Shown: positions 35,205-47,915, numbered from the whole stretch's first letter. The stretch: 59,528 bases of DNA, filler included, from Basidiobolus ranarum (GCA_040143965.1; 3 parts of 3 records of this genome joined end to end with filler, not necessarily neighbours in it), one strand, 5' to 3'. A program made the numbers and translations. The notes: generated from the letters alone by a model not told the origin.

Positions 35205-36935
35205 TTATTGTGATTTGTGTATGGAAGCTTTGGCGGGTGGGACTCGTTTACGCGACAGGTAATTCCGCTTCAGTTGGTTTGTTATGCGGTCAGGTTCGAC
35301 AAAGGGGTCGTTCAGTAGTGCTTGATATGCCTCTTGGGCTTTGTCCAGGTTAGAGCAGCTAGCATAGCCCTGGATCAAACTATTATATGTTGTCACACCC
35401 GGCATTAGGTTGGCCGACTGCATTTTCTTGACCGTTTCTTCGACTTGTTCTATTTGTCCTTGCTTGAAGTATCCGTTGATCATTGTGTTGTAGGACACAA
35501 CATCAGGATGGATCCCGTGCTGGATCATGGTTGAAAAGAGGCCCCACGCCTTTTCAAATTGGCAGTTTCTCGCGAGTCCCTTGAGCAAAGTGTTGTATGT
35601 AAAGATGTTTGGAGATATGTTTAGCGAAAGCATTTCTTTATACCGAGCATCTATCCATTCTGAGCATTTGCTCTCAGCACCGAAATTTAATAGCGTGTTG
35701 AACGTAATCACATCTGGCGTTGCCCCCTTGGCTTTCATCTCTTCAAAGCATTGAAGAACTTTCGTTGAGTCGCCGTTGGATTTATGATAGTTCAACAGGA
35801 CATTGTAGGTGGCTGTACTAGTGACATAGCTTGAATCAGCTATAGATTCATAGATTTTACCAACCAGATCAGCCTTCTTACTTCTCAAACACCCGGCTAA
35901 CAAAAGGTCATAAGTGAAATGTGTTGGCTTCAACTGTCGACGCAGCATCTCGTCATAATATGCTACCGCCCGTTTTATATCGTTTTGATTCACATAGAGT
36001 TGTATCAATACATTGTATGTTTTAGTGGTTGGTAACATGCCGCTTTGTACCATTTCGTCGAAATATTTACACGCTTTGCCTATTTTACCATTCTTACCAT
36101 AACCATCCATCAAAATGGTATAGGTGATGGTGTTAGGCTCAATCTTGTTTCTTTTCATCTCGTTATATACTCGAACTGCGTATTCCATCCGATGAAGTTT
36201 TGCGTATGTGTCCATCAAGTTATTATAGAGTATTAAATTAGCTACGATGCCACGAATTACAAACTCTTGATGGAACAACTGAACCTCACCAAAAGTACCA
36301 ATTTCCTTAAGGATAGAAAAGAGTATGGAATAAGTTACTTCGTTGAGTGTGATACCGTCGCTTTTCATCTGCTTAAAAAAGGCAAGTGCTTTGGTTGGCT
36401 CGGATTTACTTAATACGTGTAGTATACTATTATAAACCGGGGTATCAGGAAGAACGTTTGATTTTTGCATCTTTTCAAATAATTGAAGAGCTGAAGAGAC
36501 GTCTCCTAGTTTCCCAAATAAGATAATAGCTTGATTGAAAGTTCTTGACTTTTGAAAATCTACTTCTTTAACTTGTTCCAAGAGTCTATTTAGTTTATCT
36601 GAGTCTATCTGTTGGAGGTTGTGATGAACTAGACTCAACATTGTCCTGGTATTTTGCTCATTTAAGTCTTCTTCTGATTTGTTATGCGTGGTATCGAAAA
36701 AATCATCTATCGCTTTGTTAACCTCTTCTCGTTGAATGGTGGAATTGATAGAACCATGTTGAATTACTGTGGAGGTAGATGTAAGAAAGCGTTGTATAAG
36801 CAAAGGTGTGTGGAGATAAACCCGGGATTCTGGAATTCTAGTAGGAGAACGAGAAGCTATTCTTAATAAACCGAACCGACTGTAGTTGTGAAAGAACATG
36901 TACGAAATAAAGACTCTTTTTGAAAGGTATTTCAT
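35205..36935 (-). CDS. Pentatricopeptide-repeat protein with about 12 tandem 35-aa repeats
   Basis: Repeated P(D/N)xxTYNxLxxG..M units; single exon; first ATG at 36935. Confidence 0.92.
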   Translation of the reverse strand: MKYLSKRVFISYMFFHNYSRFGLLRIASRSPTRIPESRVYLHTPLLIQRFLTSTSTVIQHGSINSTIQREEVNKAIDDFFDTTHNKSEEDLNEQNTRTMLSLVHHNLQQIDSDKLNRLLEQVKEVDFQKSRTFNQAIILFGKLGDVSSALQLFEKMQKSNVLPDTPVYNSILHVLSKSEPTKALAFFKQMKSDGITLNEVTYSILFSILKEIGTFGEVQLFHQEFVIRGIVANLILYNNLMDTYAKLHRMEYAVRVYNEMKRNKIEPNTITYTILMDGYGKNGKIGKACKYFDEMVQSGMLPTTKTYNVLIQLYVNQNDIKRAVAYYDEMLRRQLKPTHFTYDLLLAGCLRSKKADLVGKIYESIADSSYVTSTATYNVLLNYHKSNGDSTKVLQCFEEMKAKGATPDVITFNTLLNFGAESKCSEWIDARYKEMLSLNISPNIFTYNTLLKGLARNCQFEKAWGLFSTMIQHGIHPDVVSYNTMINGYFKQGQIEQVEETVKKMQSANLMPGVTTYNSLIQGYASCSNLDKAQEAYQALLNDPFVEPDRITNQLKRNYLSRKRVPPAKASIHKSQ

Positions 36936-37204
36936 ATTAAACTTAATGATCACGAGAGAGGATCAAAATTTTCTGAGGATTGATCAAAAACTTGAGTTAA
37001 TCTCTGTCAATGACTAATGCGTGATACAAGATTGGATATAGAAACGACTTTATTAGATGGAGTGGAGTGGCTGAAGACTGACTGACAAGTGCACAATGTC
37101 CAAGGTATATATTATCTAACAAGAAGTATTAAGATGTGTAATCTAATATCGAAGCACAAATAACTAGAAAATCAAAGTGTACATATAAGATGTCAACGGG
37201 ACAT

Positions 37205-39055
37205 TTAGCGTCTTTTGCCCTTCTTACTTTTTTTGGTATCTTCCCATTGTATGCCAGGTGCTAACACATGGCCAGTGGTCTTAATATGAGTAAATAACTG
37301 ATTACGAGATGGGTAGACAGATTCGCAAACGTTGCAGATAAACTATAAATAAAATTGAAAGGTAAGGAATATATACATGTCATACATCAAGGCTTTTGTC
37401 ACTTACATGCTCATCAGAATCAACATCGTCGAGAGATTTGTTGGCTGCTTTCTTGATCTTTTCCTCTTTCGCTTGCTTTCGTTTTTCCTTCTTCAGCTTT
37501 GCCTTACCCTTCGGCTTATCAGTATCATTACTATTATCATCTCCATCATCATCAACTTTGCTGGGTTCAGATTGCTCCGTGGGTTCTTCAACATAAAGCT
37601 CCTCGCCGTACATGGGTGCTGAGTTGTTACGCTTATTTTTCCCTTTCTTTTTCTTACTCTTACCTAACGTGGTGGCACGTAGTAATTCTGATATGTCATC
37701 TTCTTCACTGTTATCCGGAAGAACTGGAGGTATGATATCTTCTGGAGATGAGTCCGAGTTTTCTAAGTTTTGAGCCTCATCATCACTAAGAATTGGGAAA
37801 TCCTCCGGATTCAAAGCTTCTTCAAGGTTGCCGTTTTCCAAAACAGTTTCAGAGCCGATTAGAGAAGCGGTTCCAGAATAGATCTCTTCTTCAGCAAGGA
37901 GCTCCTCTCGTAACAGCTCAACTTGTTTCAAATGCTTCTTTGATTTCTCATGGTTGATCCATTGTTTTTCTGATTTAAAAGCTTTGTTGCAAGCAGCACA
38001 ATAAAGTTCATCCGGAATATCTTCTTCGTCCTCAGAGTCATCCCCATCCTCTAGATACTCACCAAGTACCTGATCTATAGCCTCTTCATTTACCTTGGCC
38101 CACGCCTGCTCTTGGTAACTTTGTGCTTGAGCAATCTTTTCAGCCTTTTCCTTGGCAAGTTTCTGCTTTTGTTCCAGAACCTTAGCCTCACGCTGAGCCT
38201 GGAATGCACTAAGGTACGCCTTAACTCGAGGATCTCTCTTTTTCACAAATGCTACCAAATTTCTAACGGTCTCGTTGTATTCTTTCCTAGCAGCATCTCT
38301 TAATTTTTGATTTTCTTTCTCCATCTCTCTCTTATATCTTCTATTGGGAGCTTCAGAAAGACGATGCTGATCACACCAAGCGAAATTTTTAAAAGTAGAG
38401 AAGTTTAACCAATAATTGTAGAATTCTCTTAAAGATCCTTCCTCTTCTGTTTCCTCCTCGTAACCAGTTTTACTATTTCCAAATGCCATAAGTGTTGCCC
38501 AATGTGGCTCCATAGCACCATTGTCTACATAAGCCTCTTGCTCTTCCATAGTTAACCGAGTGAACAGTTCCCGATAAATCGAGTAGAAACCGTCTGGTTT
38601 GTCAGTAAACCCATTGAAAACGGAAACACTATAGTAGGACATGAGATCGGCTACACTAATTCCAGCAGAGGAATCTTGGGTATCACCGTTGTGATCTTCA
38701 CCACGAAGAATAGCATCTCGGTGGGAATCATACCTTTATAACCAGTAAATAAAAAGAGTTTTCAAGAAAGTGATAAAAGGAATAAAACAAAATACCAAGC
38801 TCGTTCTTGTGGGTCGGATAAAACCTCATATGCTGATTGTATCTCAGCAAATACTTTGGTGGCTTCTTCAACTCTATACCGATTTTTATCTAAATAGTAT
38901 AAAGTTCGTTAATCTAGGAAGCTTTGTTGATAGGTAGATATTTTAGTTTCTTCACCTGGATGCCACTCTAACGCTTTTCTACGATATGCTTTTTTTAGTT
39001 CGCTATCGTCTGCGGTTTTTTCTACTCCTAAGAGCTCGTAGTAACAAGTACGCAT
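37205..39055 (-). CDS. JJJ1: J-domain co-chaperone with two C2H2 zinc fingers (Jjj1/DNAJC21)
   Basis: [20 protein letters not shown] domain, [38 protein letters not shown], terminal exon [25 protein letters not shown]. Confidence 0.93.
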
Positions 39056-39252
39056 GTTTGATATGTACACAACGTATCTCTATGAAATTGCAATGTACAA
39101 GCGGGTATAATGTAGATAAGAAATATTTGGTAGTTATAAATGGACCGAATCTGAAGTTAAATAGAAGATAACTAGCTTAGTCGCAGTAAAAAAGAAAAAT
39201 TTCCATTTGTTAGATTCATGTTAAATTAGCAACTCAAATTCATGATATTTAT

Positions 39253-39664
39253 TTAAATCGTTGTTAATGGATGACATTTGGCATTATCCAACAAAAGTGA
39301 ATCTTCTTCATTGACCGCAATCGTGCCATGCTTGAGATAATTATGGTTATTTGACTCCACTTTGGACAGAACATAGTTGTAATTGACCATCATGCCCAAT
39401 GATTGCTCGATTCCTTTCTCTGGAGAAATTCTTTAGATACTGAAAAAGATCTAACTGTACTTTAGAGCGCTTACCTGAAGTGTCAGCCAGCCAATTGATA
39501 CGATGTACGCACGCTCCATTTCTAATATGAAAGTTGGCTATTGATTGAAAGCATTTAATTATCCGCTCATTTAATTATCCGCTCATTCATTCACCAACAG
39601 AAGAAAGAACTACTAACCAACTGGATCATATGCCAGATATCCTCGCTTTTGCCCTAGTAGATAC
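39253..39664 (-). CDS. MLYCD: Malonyl-CoA decarboxylase, last three exons (5' part lost at the contig end)
   Basis: Manual splice: YLLGQKRGYLAYDPV / ANFHIRNGACVHRINWLADTS / EKGIEQSLGMMVNYNY; absent from the ORF track. Confidence 0.88.
39554..39588. repeat. 16-bp tandem duplication in an MLYCD intron
   Basis: ATTTAATTATCCGCTC twice, followed by ATT. Confidence 0.85.
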
Positions 39665-39678
39665 CTAACAGAGGGTTA

Positions 39679-39778
39679 NNNNNNNNNNNNNNNNNNNNNN
39701 NNNNNNNNNNNNNNNNNNNNNNTTAATTAATTAANNNNNNNNNNNNNNNNNNNNNNNNNNNNNNNNNNNNNNNNNNNN
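39679..39778. other. Artificial contig spacer
   Basis: 44 N + TTAATTAATTAA + 44 N, identical to the first spacer. Confidence 0.97.
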
Positions 39779-40355
39779 CTATTTCATATTGGATTCCTTT
39801 ACTGAGAACTTCACATCATCATCAACTACTCGGAGTTCATTTTGAATTGGTTGAAGCTCATTCATGTGGAAGATCATCAGAAGATGGAGTGTTTTGTGAT
39901 TAGTTTTTATATCACGGTCTATTAACATGTTACTCAATAAATGCCAAAATCAACCTCATCAACTCGTATTTGTCTTGTATTTATAGTAAAGGTACGGGTG
40001 TTGGGTATGAAGTACTCATCACAGAAACTAGCATGGAGTTCTCTGTCGAATTTGATGAATTCAGTTTAAATATGTAGTGTGTTCAATGACTTCTGGGTGT
40101 ATTCAACCGATGCTGGTGAACGAGACTCATGGAAAATACATGATAATTGATTTGGATTGAAATCCGCACATTTGGTTTTAACCAGAACTGTGATTTTGTA
40201 ATTAACAGTATAGTGAGAGTATTTCATTTGTATAGTATAGAAAGCGAACGGGAGATGCAAATGGCTACAAAAAAGGTGGGTATATATCTAATTCACAAGA
40301 TTGGTGAACAGAAGAGTAGAGAGGTTGTTGCAAGGATAAGAACATGATATTACAA

Positions 40356-40826
40356 TTATAAATACAAGCCTTCTGGAGTTCCTTCGTTTTTACGGTACAC
40401 CACCTTTTCTTTGGCTTTTTTGAAGTCTTCGTTAATCACTTTCATATGACGCTCACGAAGAGAAAGCAAGCCAGCTTCCGTACAGATAGTTTTGATATCA
40501 GCTCCTGAAAGATGATCTTTCGACATTACGTATTCTTCCAACTCAACATCATCGGCAAGTCTCATTCGACCGGTATGAATATGGAAAATTCTACGTTTAG
40601 TTTTGACATCCGGTAAATTTTACGATCGATACGACCTAACAAAATATCAATATTAACGAACGATATTTGCAATACTTAAATATACGACATATTGACTTAC
40701 CAGGACGAATGAGAGCAGGGTCTAAGGATTCGATTCGGTTGGTGTCTATGATGACCTTAACATCTCCACGAGAATTGAAACCGTTGAGTTGGGCAAGTAA
40801 CTCTAGCATAGTTCTTTAAATTTACG
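40356..40826 (-). pseudogene. RPT2: 26S proteasome ATPase Rpt2, 3' fragment
   Basis: [16 protein letters not shown] / RIDRK..PEGLYL. In-frame TAA at 40816-40818, frameshifting deletion of the EFP codons near 40617, retained intron 40636-40700, no recognisable 5' part. Confidence 0.9.
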
Positions 40827-41302
40827 AGTTAGTCAAAAGGAATTCTTTCAAGAGTAACCTCGTTTTGTTCGGTTTTCCATGGATTAGAGCCTCTTTCTTT
40901 ACGTTGAAAACTATGGGAATGTTTAAGTAATAGTGTGTTCTAGACGCTGTGGCAACAGGTCAGCAGTGATTTCTTTACAATAGTATTGATATCGTAAGTA
41001 TACTACTGCAAAATTAATTATGTTTGAATGATGTCATGCCAAGTTGGAACTTCATTTACTGATGGTATTGAACGAATTTCTTGTTTAAGTTCCTGTCCAC
41101 AGATACATTAATCTAAAGTTCAATGATTGGCTGAAGAAGGATTTGGGAAGTACGGTTCATATAGGTGCAAATTTTATAGATTCACCAGAGAAAAATTCAT
41201 TCATGTTGGAGAACTTTTTGAGGAATACTTTTCTGAAGCTGAAATAGAATTGCTTTATATCCACTAAGTGTTTACTAGCAAAAGACAGACACATCACATA
41301 TC

Positions 41303-41849
41303 ATGACCTCCGTTGTTAAACCAGCTATGCCCAAAAATGGTGTAGGCGCTTTTATTTTCCAATGCCGGAAACTTGTCTTTCATTATTGTGAACGTGGTGG
41401 TAGTAGTCGTGGTATGGTGTGAGTATAGCGTTTTGTGCTTCGAGGTACTTTAAATCCGATTTCTCACCTATTTTCCAATATAGTGATTTCTTTAAGACTG
41501 ATCTTATTGAGTTTGCTAAAAAGAACCCTCAAATTGAGGTCGTTGTTCAACCCAGACCTGCTAAACATCCCTGTGTTCGAGGATTCTATAGTATGTCGTT
41601 TTATAACCTGTCTCCGTTCAGATGATTAGTCTTACTGATACTCCACCTATTCTATCCTTTACAGTGAACGGAAAAAACAAAGTTATTTGCGTAAAGAATC
41701 TTGATCGCAAAGATGTTATGAACCAAGTCCAATTGCTACGTGACACTAGCGGACAAAAAGTTGGTTCCTTCAAGAAAAGAGTTATCTCTGACACACCCTC
41801 AGTACGTGGCATTTGGTCACCTTTCCATAACCGACCACATCAAATCTAG
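41303..41849 (+). CDS. MRPL51: Mitochondrial ribosomal protein mL43 (yeast Mrpl51)
   Basis: NGVGAFIFQCRKLVFHYCERGGSSRGM, SVRGIWSPFH; introns 41419-41483 and 41591-41664 in frame. Confidence 0.93.
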
Positions 41850-43001
41850 AGCTTTATATTCCAAAATGAAGCCGATTAGATTACTTGGGAATGACCATTA
41901 CTCGCATACACTCAAGTCCATCATAAAATTTCAAGAAATGATCATGTCCGCTCTCTTTCCTTTCAAACATCATTGCATAACATATCGAGTTGGCCAATAA
42001 ATATATGTGTATGCACATGCATCTGCAGATATACATGTGTATATAAATACATCTTAGATCCACACACCTACTTCCCTCGTTCATTCACTTTTTTGTAGAT
42101 TTGTTTTGTGTGGCCTGAAGAGAATCCATCATTTCAGAATCATCTCCGAATTGTTCATGCCCAAAACACAATAGTATTATTTGATTGTTTTCTAGATACA
42201 TTCGAAATCTATTTCAATAAATCAACGAATACTTTGGTCAACACTGAGGGGGAAGTAAGAAGAGGTTGAAGTAGATTTGTTCCGCTTGGTCAACATTGCC
42301 GCGGACTCTATCTTTTCAGTATTTGCAATAACAGTGGCGTTATGGATCATTGATAGAGGCGATTGAAGGCGGAGTAAAGCCCACGATAGTTGACATCAGA
42401 GGGTCGAGACACTATTAAACAGGATTTTAAATATCTTAAGTCCTTGTGGTACCTGTTGCCGCCTGAACCAAAATTTATAAGTGGAGCACAGACCATATAT
42501 TTCCTGTTTTTTTAGGCTTACCCAGATCGAAGTGGGGTACTCTATGTGGGAAGAAAGGAGTCTTGGTAGAGCTCAAGGGTTACCAGGAGATCGAATACTT
42601 GAAAGATTTGAACTTGCAATAATAAAACTGACATATGGCCAATGACGAAGATAAATATTTCAGTAGCATTCAGGAAAGCATCCAGGTATTGATAATGTCA
42701 ACCTGCTACTTTGCCCGTGGCTCATCGTATCGCCCTTGCTACTCTATGCTGTAAAGAATCCCATTGTTGCTGCATCAGATAATCATGATATGATAAGATG
42801 TGACACCCGGGATTGGCTTTTGTGGTGTGTCAGGGTAAATTTATGGATTTAGTTGAATGATTCTCATGCTCCTTTTTTATTGGCTTAACAAAATTTCGAG
42901 ATGACTGAGAGTTCTTTTTTTTATTCATTAGTAAAGAGTTGTTTGAGGTCATTCTCATCTTCACAGGTTGCCTTAAACTTTACGTAGAATCAGGTAGCAT
43001 C

Positions 43002-44007
43002 ATGGATTCTCATGCTAAATATCAAAGTCCTTTGACTTCACGTTACGCCTCTAAGGAGATGGCCTACAACTTCTCCGATGACAAGAGATTTAGTAACTGG
43101 CGTAAGCTCTGGCTCAATCTTGCTACTGCTGAGAGACAACTTGGCTTGACCGATATTTCTGAGGAGGCTTTGGAGGAGATGCGTCAACACTTGGTACCTG
43201 ACATTTCATACTCTTTTAATTTTTTAGCAGCTTGTTTACCATTTTTTTAGTACGATATTGACTACGAAGTTGCTGCTGCCGAGGAAAAGAAACGTCGCCA
43301 CGACGTCATGGCTCACGTCCATACTTTTGGCCTTCTTTGCCCTAAAGCAGCTCCTATTATTCATCTCGGAGCTACCTCTTGTTATGTAACTGATAACGGC
43401 GATCTCATGAACCTTCGTGATGGTTTGGATCTTTTGTTGAATAAGCTTTCTTGTGTTATCGATTCTCTTGCCAAATTTGCCAAGGAATATCGTGATCTTC
43501 CTACTTTGGGTTTCACTCACTTCCAGCCTGCTCAACTTACCACTGTTGGTAAGAGAGCTACTCTCTGGCTTCAGGTATATGCTTGTTTTTACCATCTCAA
43601 TCCCACTTCTCTTTATTTATATTCGTCAATTTTAACAGGAATTACTTTGGGATTTACGCAATCTTACTCGTGCCCGTGATGATCTCCAATTCCGTGGTGT
43701 CAAGGGAACTACTGGTACTCAGGCTTCTTTCTTGACTTTATTCGATGGTGATCACGATAAGGTAGAAGAGCTGGATCAGCTTGTAACCGAACTTTCTGGC
43801 TTTTCAACCCCATACGCTGTTACCGGTCAAACATACTCTCGTAAGGTTGACAACGATGTTCTTGGTCCTCTTTCCTCATTCGGTGCTACCGCTCACAAGA
43901 TTGCTACTGATATTAGACTATTGGCCAGCTTGAAGGAGCTTGAAGAGCCCTTCGAAAAGGATCAAATTGGTTCTTCAGCTATATCAATTTATTCAAGAGC
44001 GTCTTGA
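43002..44007 (+). pseudogene. ADE13: Adenylosuccinate lyase, 3'-truncated
   Basis: Exons 43002-43193, 43251-43574 and from 43639 encode [30 protein letters not shown]. Homology stops at IGSSA (43980), then ISIYSRAS-stop instead of MAYKRNP. Confidence 0.82.
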
Positions 44008-44466
44008 TGCACAGCCAATACTCTTGATGAAGTACGGCACTTTGAAGTGATCGTTACGGTGCACAAATCACATTCTCAAACAGATTGAAAGACTCGGAGA
44101 AATTGTACCAACAATGGACTTGAAAACTAAGGAGATCCAGTCTCCTTAGCCTATCATGAAAGGCTCTTGAGAATAAACGATATCCCCCCATATGCATCAA
44201 ATATCCCGCTGTTATATGCTATGCTTTCTTGAGTCTTCGAGAAAGTGGCTGATTTAAAGACCATAGAAGTGATAATTTATTGAACGGTTACTCTAAGTAC
44301 TTAGCCAATTTATGCTATTAGTAGAGGCTTGTGTTCACTATCATGGTCATGAATGACAATTCCTGGTGCTGAGAATCTCAATTGAATTCACTATCAAATA
44401 TACATAAAGAATTTTGTGCCGACTGCAACCACGTTGAAGCGGGCTAAATGCGTCCACTTAATGAGT

Positions 44467-47419
44467 CTACTCCTCATCCGAATCAGCAAAGATAGCCTTG
44501 AAGATATCCATTGGAGGTCGTTCCGGAATTACGGTCTCCTGTGGAGAAGTTTCGGTGACTTGGCTCTTGGTCGATAGCGCTGTTGAGGTTTGAGGGACCT
44601 CAGTATGCACATCTGACTCAACAGTGGTTGCTTTAACAAATGTTTTGACTTCAACCTGTTCCGTTGATTGGCGCAATCCCGCTGTAGATAAGGAGGTACT
44701 ATCATTCACAATAGAATCCAATGATTCTTTACTTAATGCGTCTCGACTGCCAGCCGAGCTTCTACCTGGCTGAGCACTAGGTACATAATCCGGATGAGGA
44801 TTGGGGACATTAAATCGCTTACACAGTAGTCGAGCTGGGTAAAAAGGTGTCACTGATCTTGTCAATGGGCCAAACATGTTCATAGCTGCTGCTTCGGCGG
44901 CAGGGGATTTCTTTTGAGGATACTTCAGGTTAGTGGAATCATTGGGAGCAAATGTAGAAGTTAACTTACATTATAGTCGATTCCTGGTTTTCTCGGTTCT
45001 TTCTTAGGTTGAGGAGGTTGTTGGTCATTAGAGTCTGAAGGTCCTGGGCCAGGCCTTAATCCTGGGGTCGGTTGTTTAAACTCCTCGATAATTGATTGTT
45101 CGCTAGCGGTAGTAAATCGAGAGGCCATCATGCTGGACATAGGGTGGAAAATTCGAGCTGCTTGAGAGAACTCCTGATATTCTTTGATCAAATCTTCTTG
45201 AGAAATTCCCTAGATAAACGAGCCATTCATAGTTAGTTTGAGGTGGCCTAGTTGAGGAAACAACAAGTTCTTACTTTAGAGGGTGATGGGAGACTTTTTG
45301 TAATTCCAGCATTATATTCAAGATATTTCTTGTAGCGATTCTGTTTATCTGGATTATCACCAAACGGTATAAATCCTCTTAGAGCCGCAAGTGCTTGTTT
45401 TTTTTCGATATGAGGAATCGTCAGCGTTTCAGTTCTTTCGCGATTGTTCGTGACTCCATTTATCAATGAATTCAATTTATCCTTGTTGTCTTGAGAGATA
45501 TAATCAAATACTGAACTACTGGGGGCATTGATTTTCTCTTCGCCTAGCATAGCCCCACGCTAATGATTGAAGAGAATTATGAGAATGAAAGAAGGCGAGG
45601 GTTGGTGAGAATATGATAAGATACCTGATCAGCAGAATATGCGGAGAAAGACTCACGAGATCCTTCTATTTGTCTTTCCGGTGCGTGGTTTGGAGGTGGT
45701 GCTTGAGAACCAAGTCGATGGTAGGGGTTGTAACCAGCTGGGATGTTTGGGGGCTTGAACCTGATCGATTAAATTCTATCAGTCTGACAATTAGTAGAGT
45801 TTGGATGGAGGCCAATGCTTACCATTTCTCCGCGGGCATAGAAATACTGGCTTTTACAAATCCGAGCACAACAGTATTCGTGTCAGTTTTTCTTTTGGGA
45901 TACTTGTAACCGGTTAATGAGAATAATAACGGGAAGTTTGTCTCCAGAACTTACTTCATAATCCGATGACCTTGAAGGCTTCGATTTGTTCTTATTCATA
46001 CCAATAACGATAGGCTGATCATCATCATCATCATCGAACAAAGAGGTGTTATATTCGTTTTTGGAGTTGCTAGAATAGACATCGTGATCGTCCTCATCGT
46101 CTACAGTTCCAAAACCACCTAAATTGAACTAAGTAAGAAGTTGAACGAAGAAAATTCAATCCAGGTTTTGTAGTCTCACTTCGTTTGGAAGAGTAGCTTG
46201 TATTACTAGAATAATAGTCTTGGTGAAAAATGTAAAGTCAATAAATCGAAGAGTTTTGGTGTATTTTTGCCCTATCATACCCGAGTTGGATCTCCCGCCA
46301 TATCCGCCATTGTCTTGGTAAGGATCATAATCAATTCCATAACGGTTGGTCTTATTGACAAATAAAACGATAGCAGTATCTTTTGGAGCGAACGTAAAAC
46401 TGGAAGCATGGATATCCTTAGAAAGTTCAGATTCGTAGCTAGCTACTTAGAAGTATCAAGTGTTAATAGCTAGTTGACGAAATGCATAAAATAGCTCGAA
46501 ATTACCTAAATTCTTTTGTTTTTTTAGACTCTGACGAGGTCCAATCCCTTGTCCTTCACGCCATCCCATACTTTTTAACAACCTCACACCTACAGCAATG
46601 TAAATCAAAATAAGTGAGAAAGACACGATGTGGTGATAAACATAAGAGCTTTGATATCTCACCAACTGGTTCCTTGGATGGTACAATGAATGACTCAAGT
46701 AAACTGTCAGGGATTGCTCCAAGGGTGCTATAGCAATAGAAAATCGTTTGAATAAAACTCTTATAACGTAGAATATACATATACAACGAAATACTTTGAG
46801 TTTCCTAAGGAACCTGCAGCGGCGCGTCTTCTTGCTAAATCACGCTCAGTACTACCAAAATTATCGAAATCATCTTTAGCGACTAATCTTTGAGAATCAG
46901 CCAGTTCCTTTTTAAGGGGAAAATATCAGCTCCATGGACTAAAATAATACATAATAATAATAAGTCAACAAACAGCTAAATCTTCTTCGTCCATAAAATC
47001 TTCTGGCTTAAAAGAAGTACGTTCTGAACGTGAGGCCCTTGAAGATACAAATTTTTTTGGTTCCCAGCCTATAATCCAACGGAAAGATAAATATCTAATT
47101 TGACAACGAGAAATTACGAGATTTTTATGAGCTTGTACCTTCTTTAGAACCTACAGTATTATAATATCCAGCAGAAAAACCACCAGTGAATGCTCCATGA
47201 AATCTACGTCTTCCTTGTTCATCGCGTACCTTATCGAGATATGATCTAACGTGAGTCTAGGATTTGAGGATGAAGGACTTTATAACCAACCTCTTGTTCC
47301 CAAACTGGGACAGTTTTTTTTCCATCTTTACCAGAACCCAAATCCTCTAGTACAGTTCCAATGGTGACAAAGGATTCACGATCTGAATCTTCGCGTGGTC
47401 TTTTTCGATAATACGACAT
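44467..47419 (-). CDS. GPATCH1: G-patch domain splicing factor (GPATCH1/TOUGH-like, DUF1604), multi-exon
   Basis: [71 protein letters not shown]; the exons I checked splice in frame. Confidence 0.92.
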
Positions 47420-47915
47420 ATGTAATTACACGTATAGTGTCTCAAGAATAACTAGCTATTGGTTGTAGACTCCAATAATTATAATCAAGGTGGACTACTA
47501 AGAGAAAACATGAAAATTCCTTAGGAAATTGCCAATGAAAGGAATACTCGAAGTGTGAGTAAATTCTAAAGATTTCTATTTACTTAATCAAATAACTAAG
47601 CCAGATATCGCTATTTAGTTGCGTTTTCTTCAGATCCAATTTTTATACTTGAACATTCTACAAATGCAATATTTATGAGATTTATACTTTTCGTTTAATT
47701 TTCTCAATGATTTGTGAATCACTGGATATCAGATACAGTACTCCTATACAGCTCAATGTATCGCCCTTGAGAGTATATTAACTTGCGTGCTGCAATATTC
47801 AATAGGAACATTACACCTAGATTGCTTTCAACACGTGGATATAGTTACGCTTAGCTGTTGAACAATATAAATTGATATTTACAAAAAAGAGATATATTAG
47901 ACTATCAAATTGAGT

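Noticed and set aside
17850-38303. Numerous antisense or alternate-frame ORFs overlapping the called genes (e.g. 17850-18344, 20814-21170, 30036-30356)
   Set aside because: Shadows of real coding sequence with no independent support.
42300-42790. Coding-like sequence between MRPL51 and ADE13
   Set aside because: All frames are interrupted and I recognise no protein; may be another relic but is unsupported.
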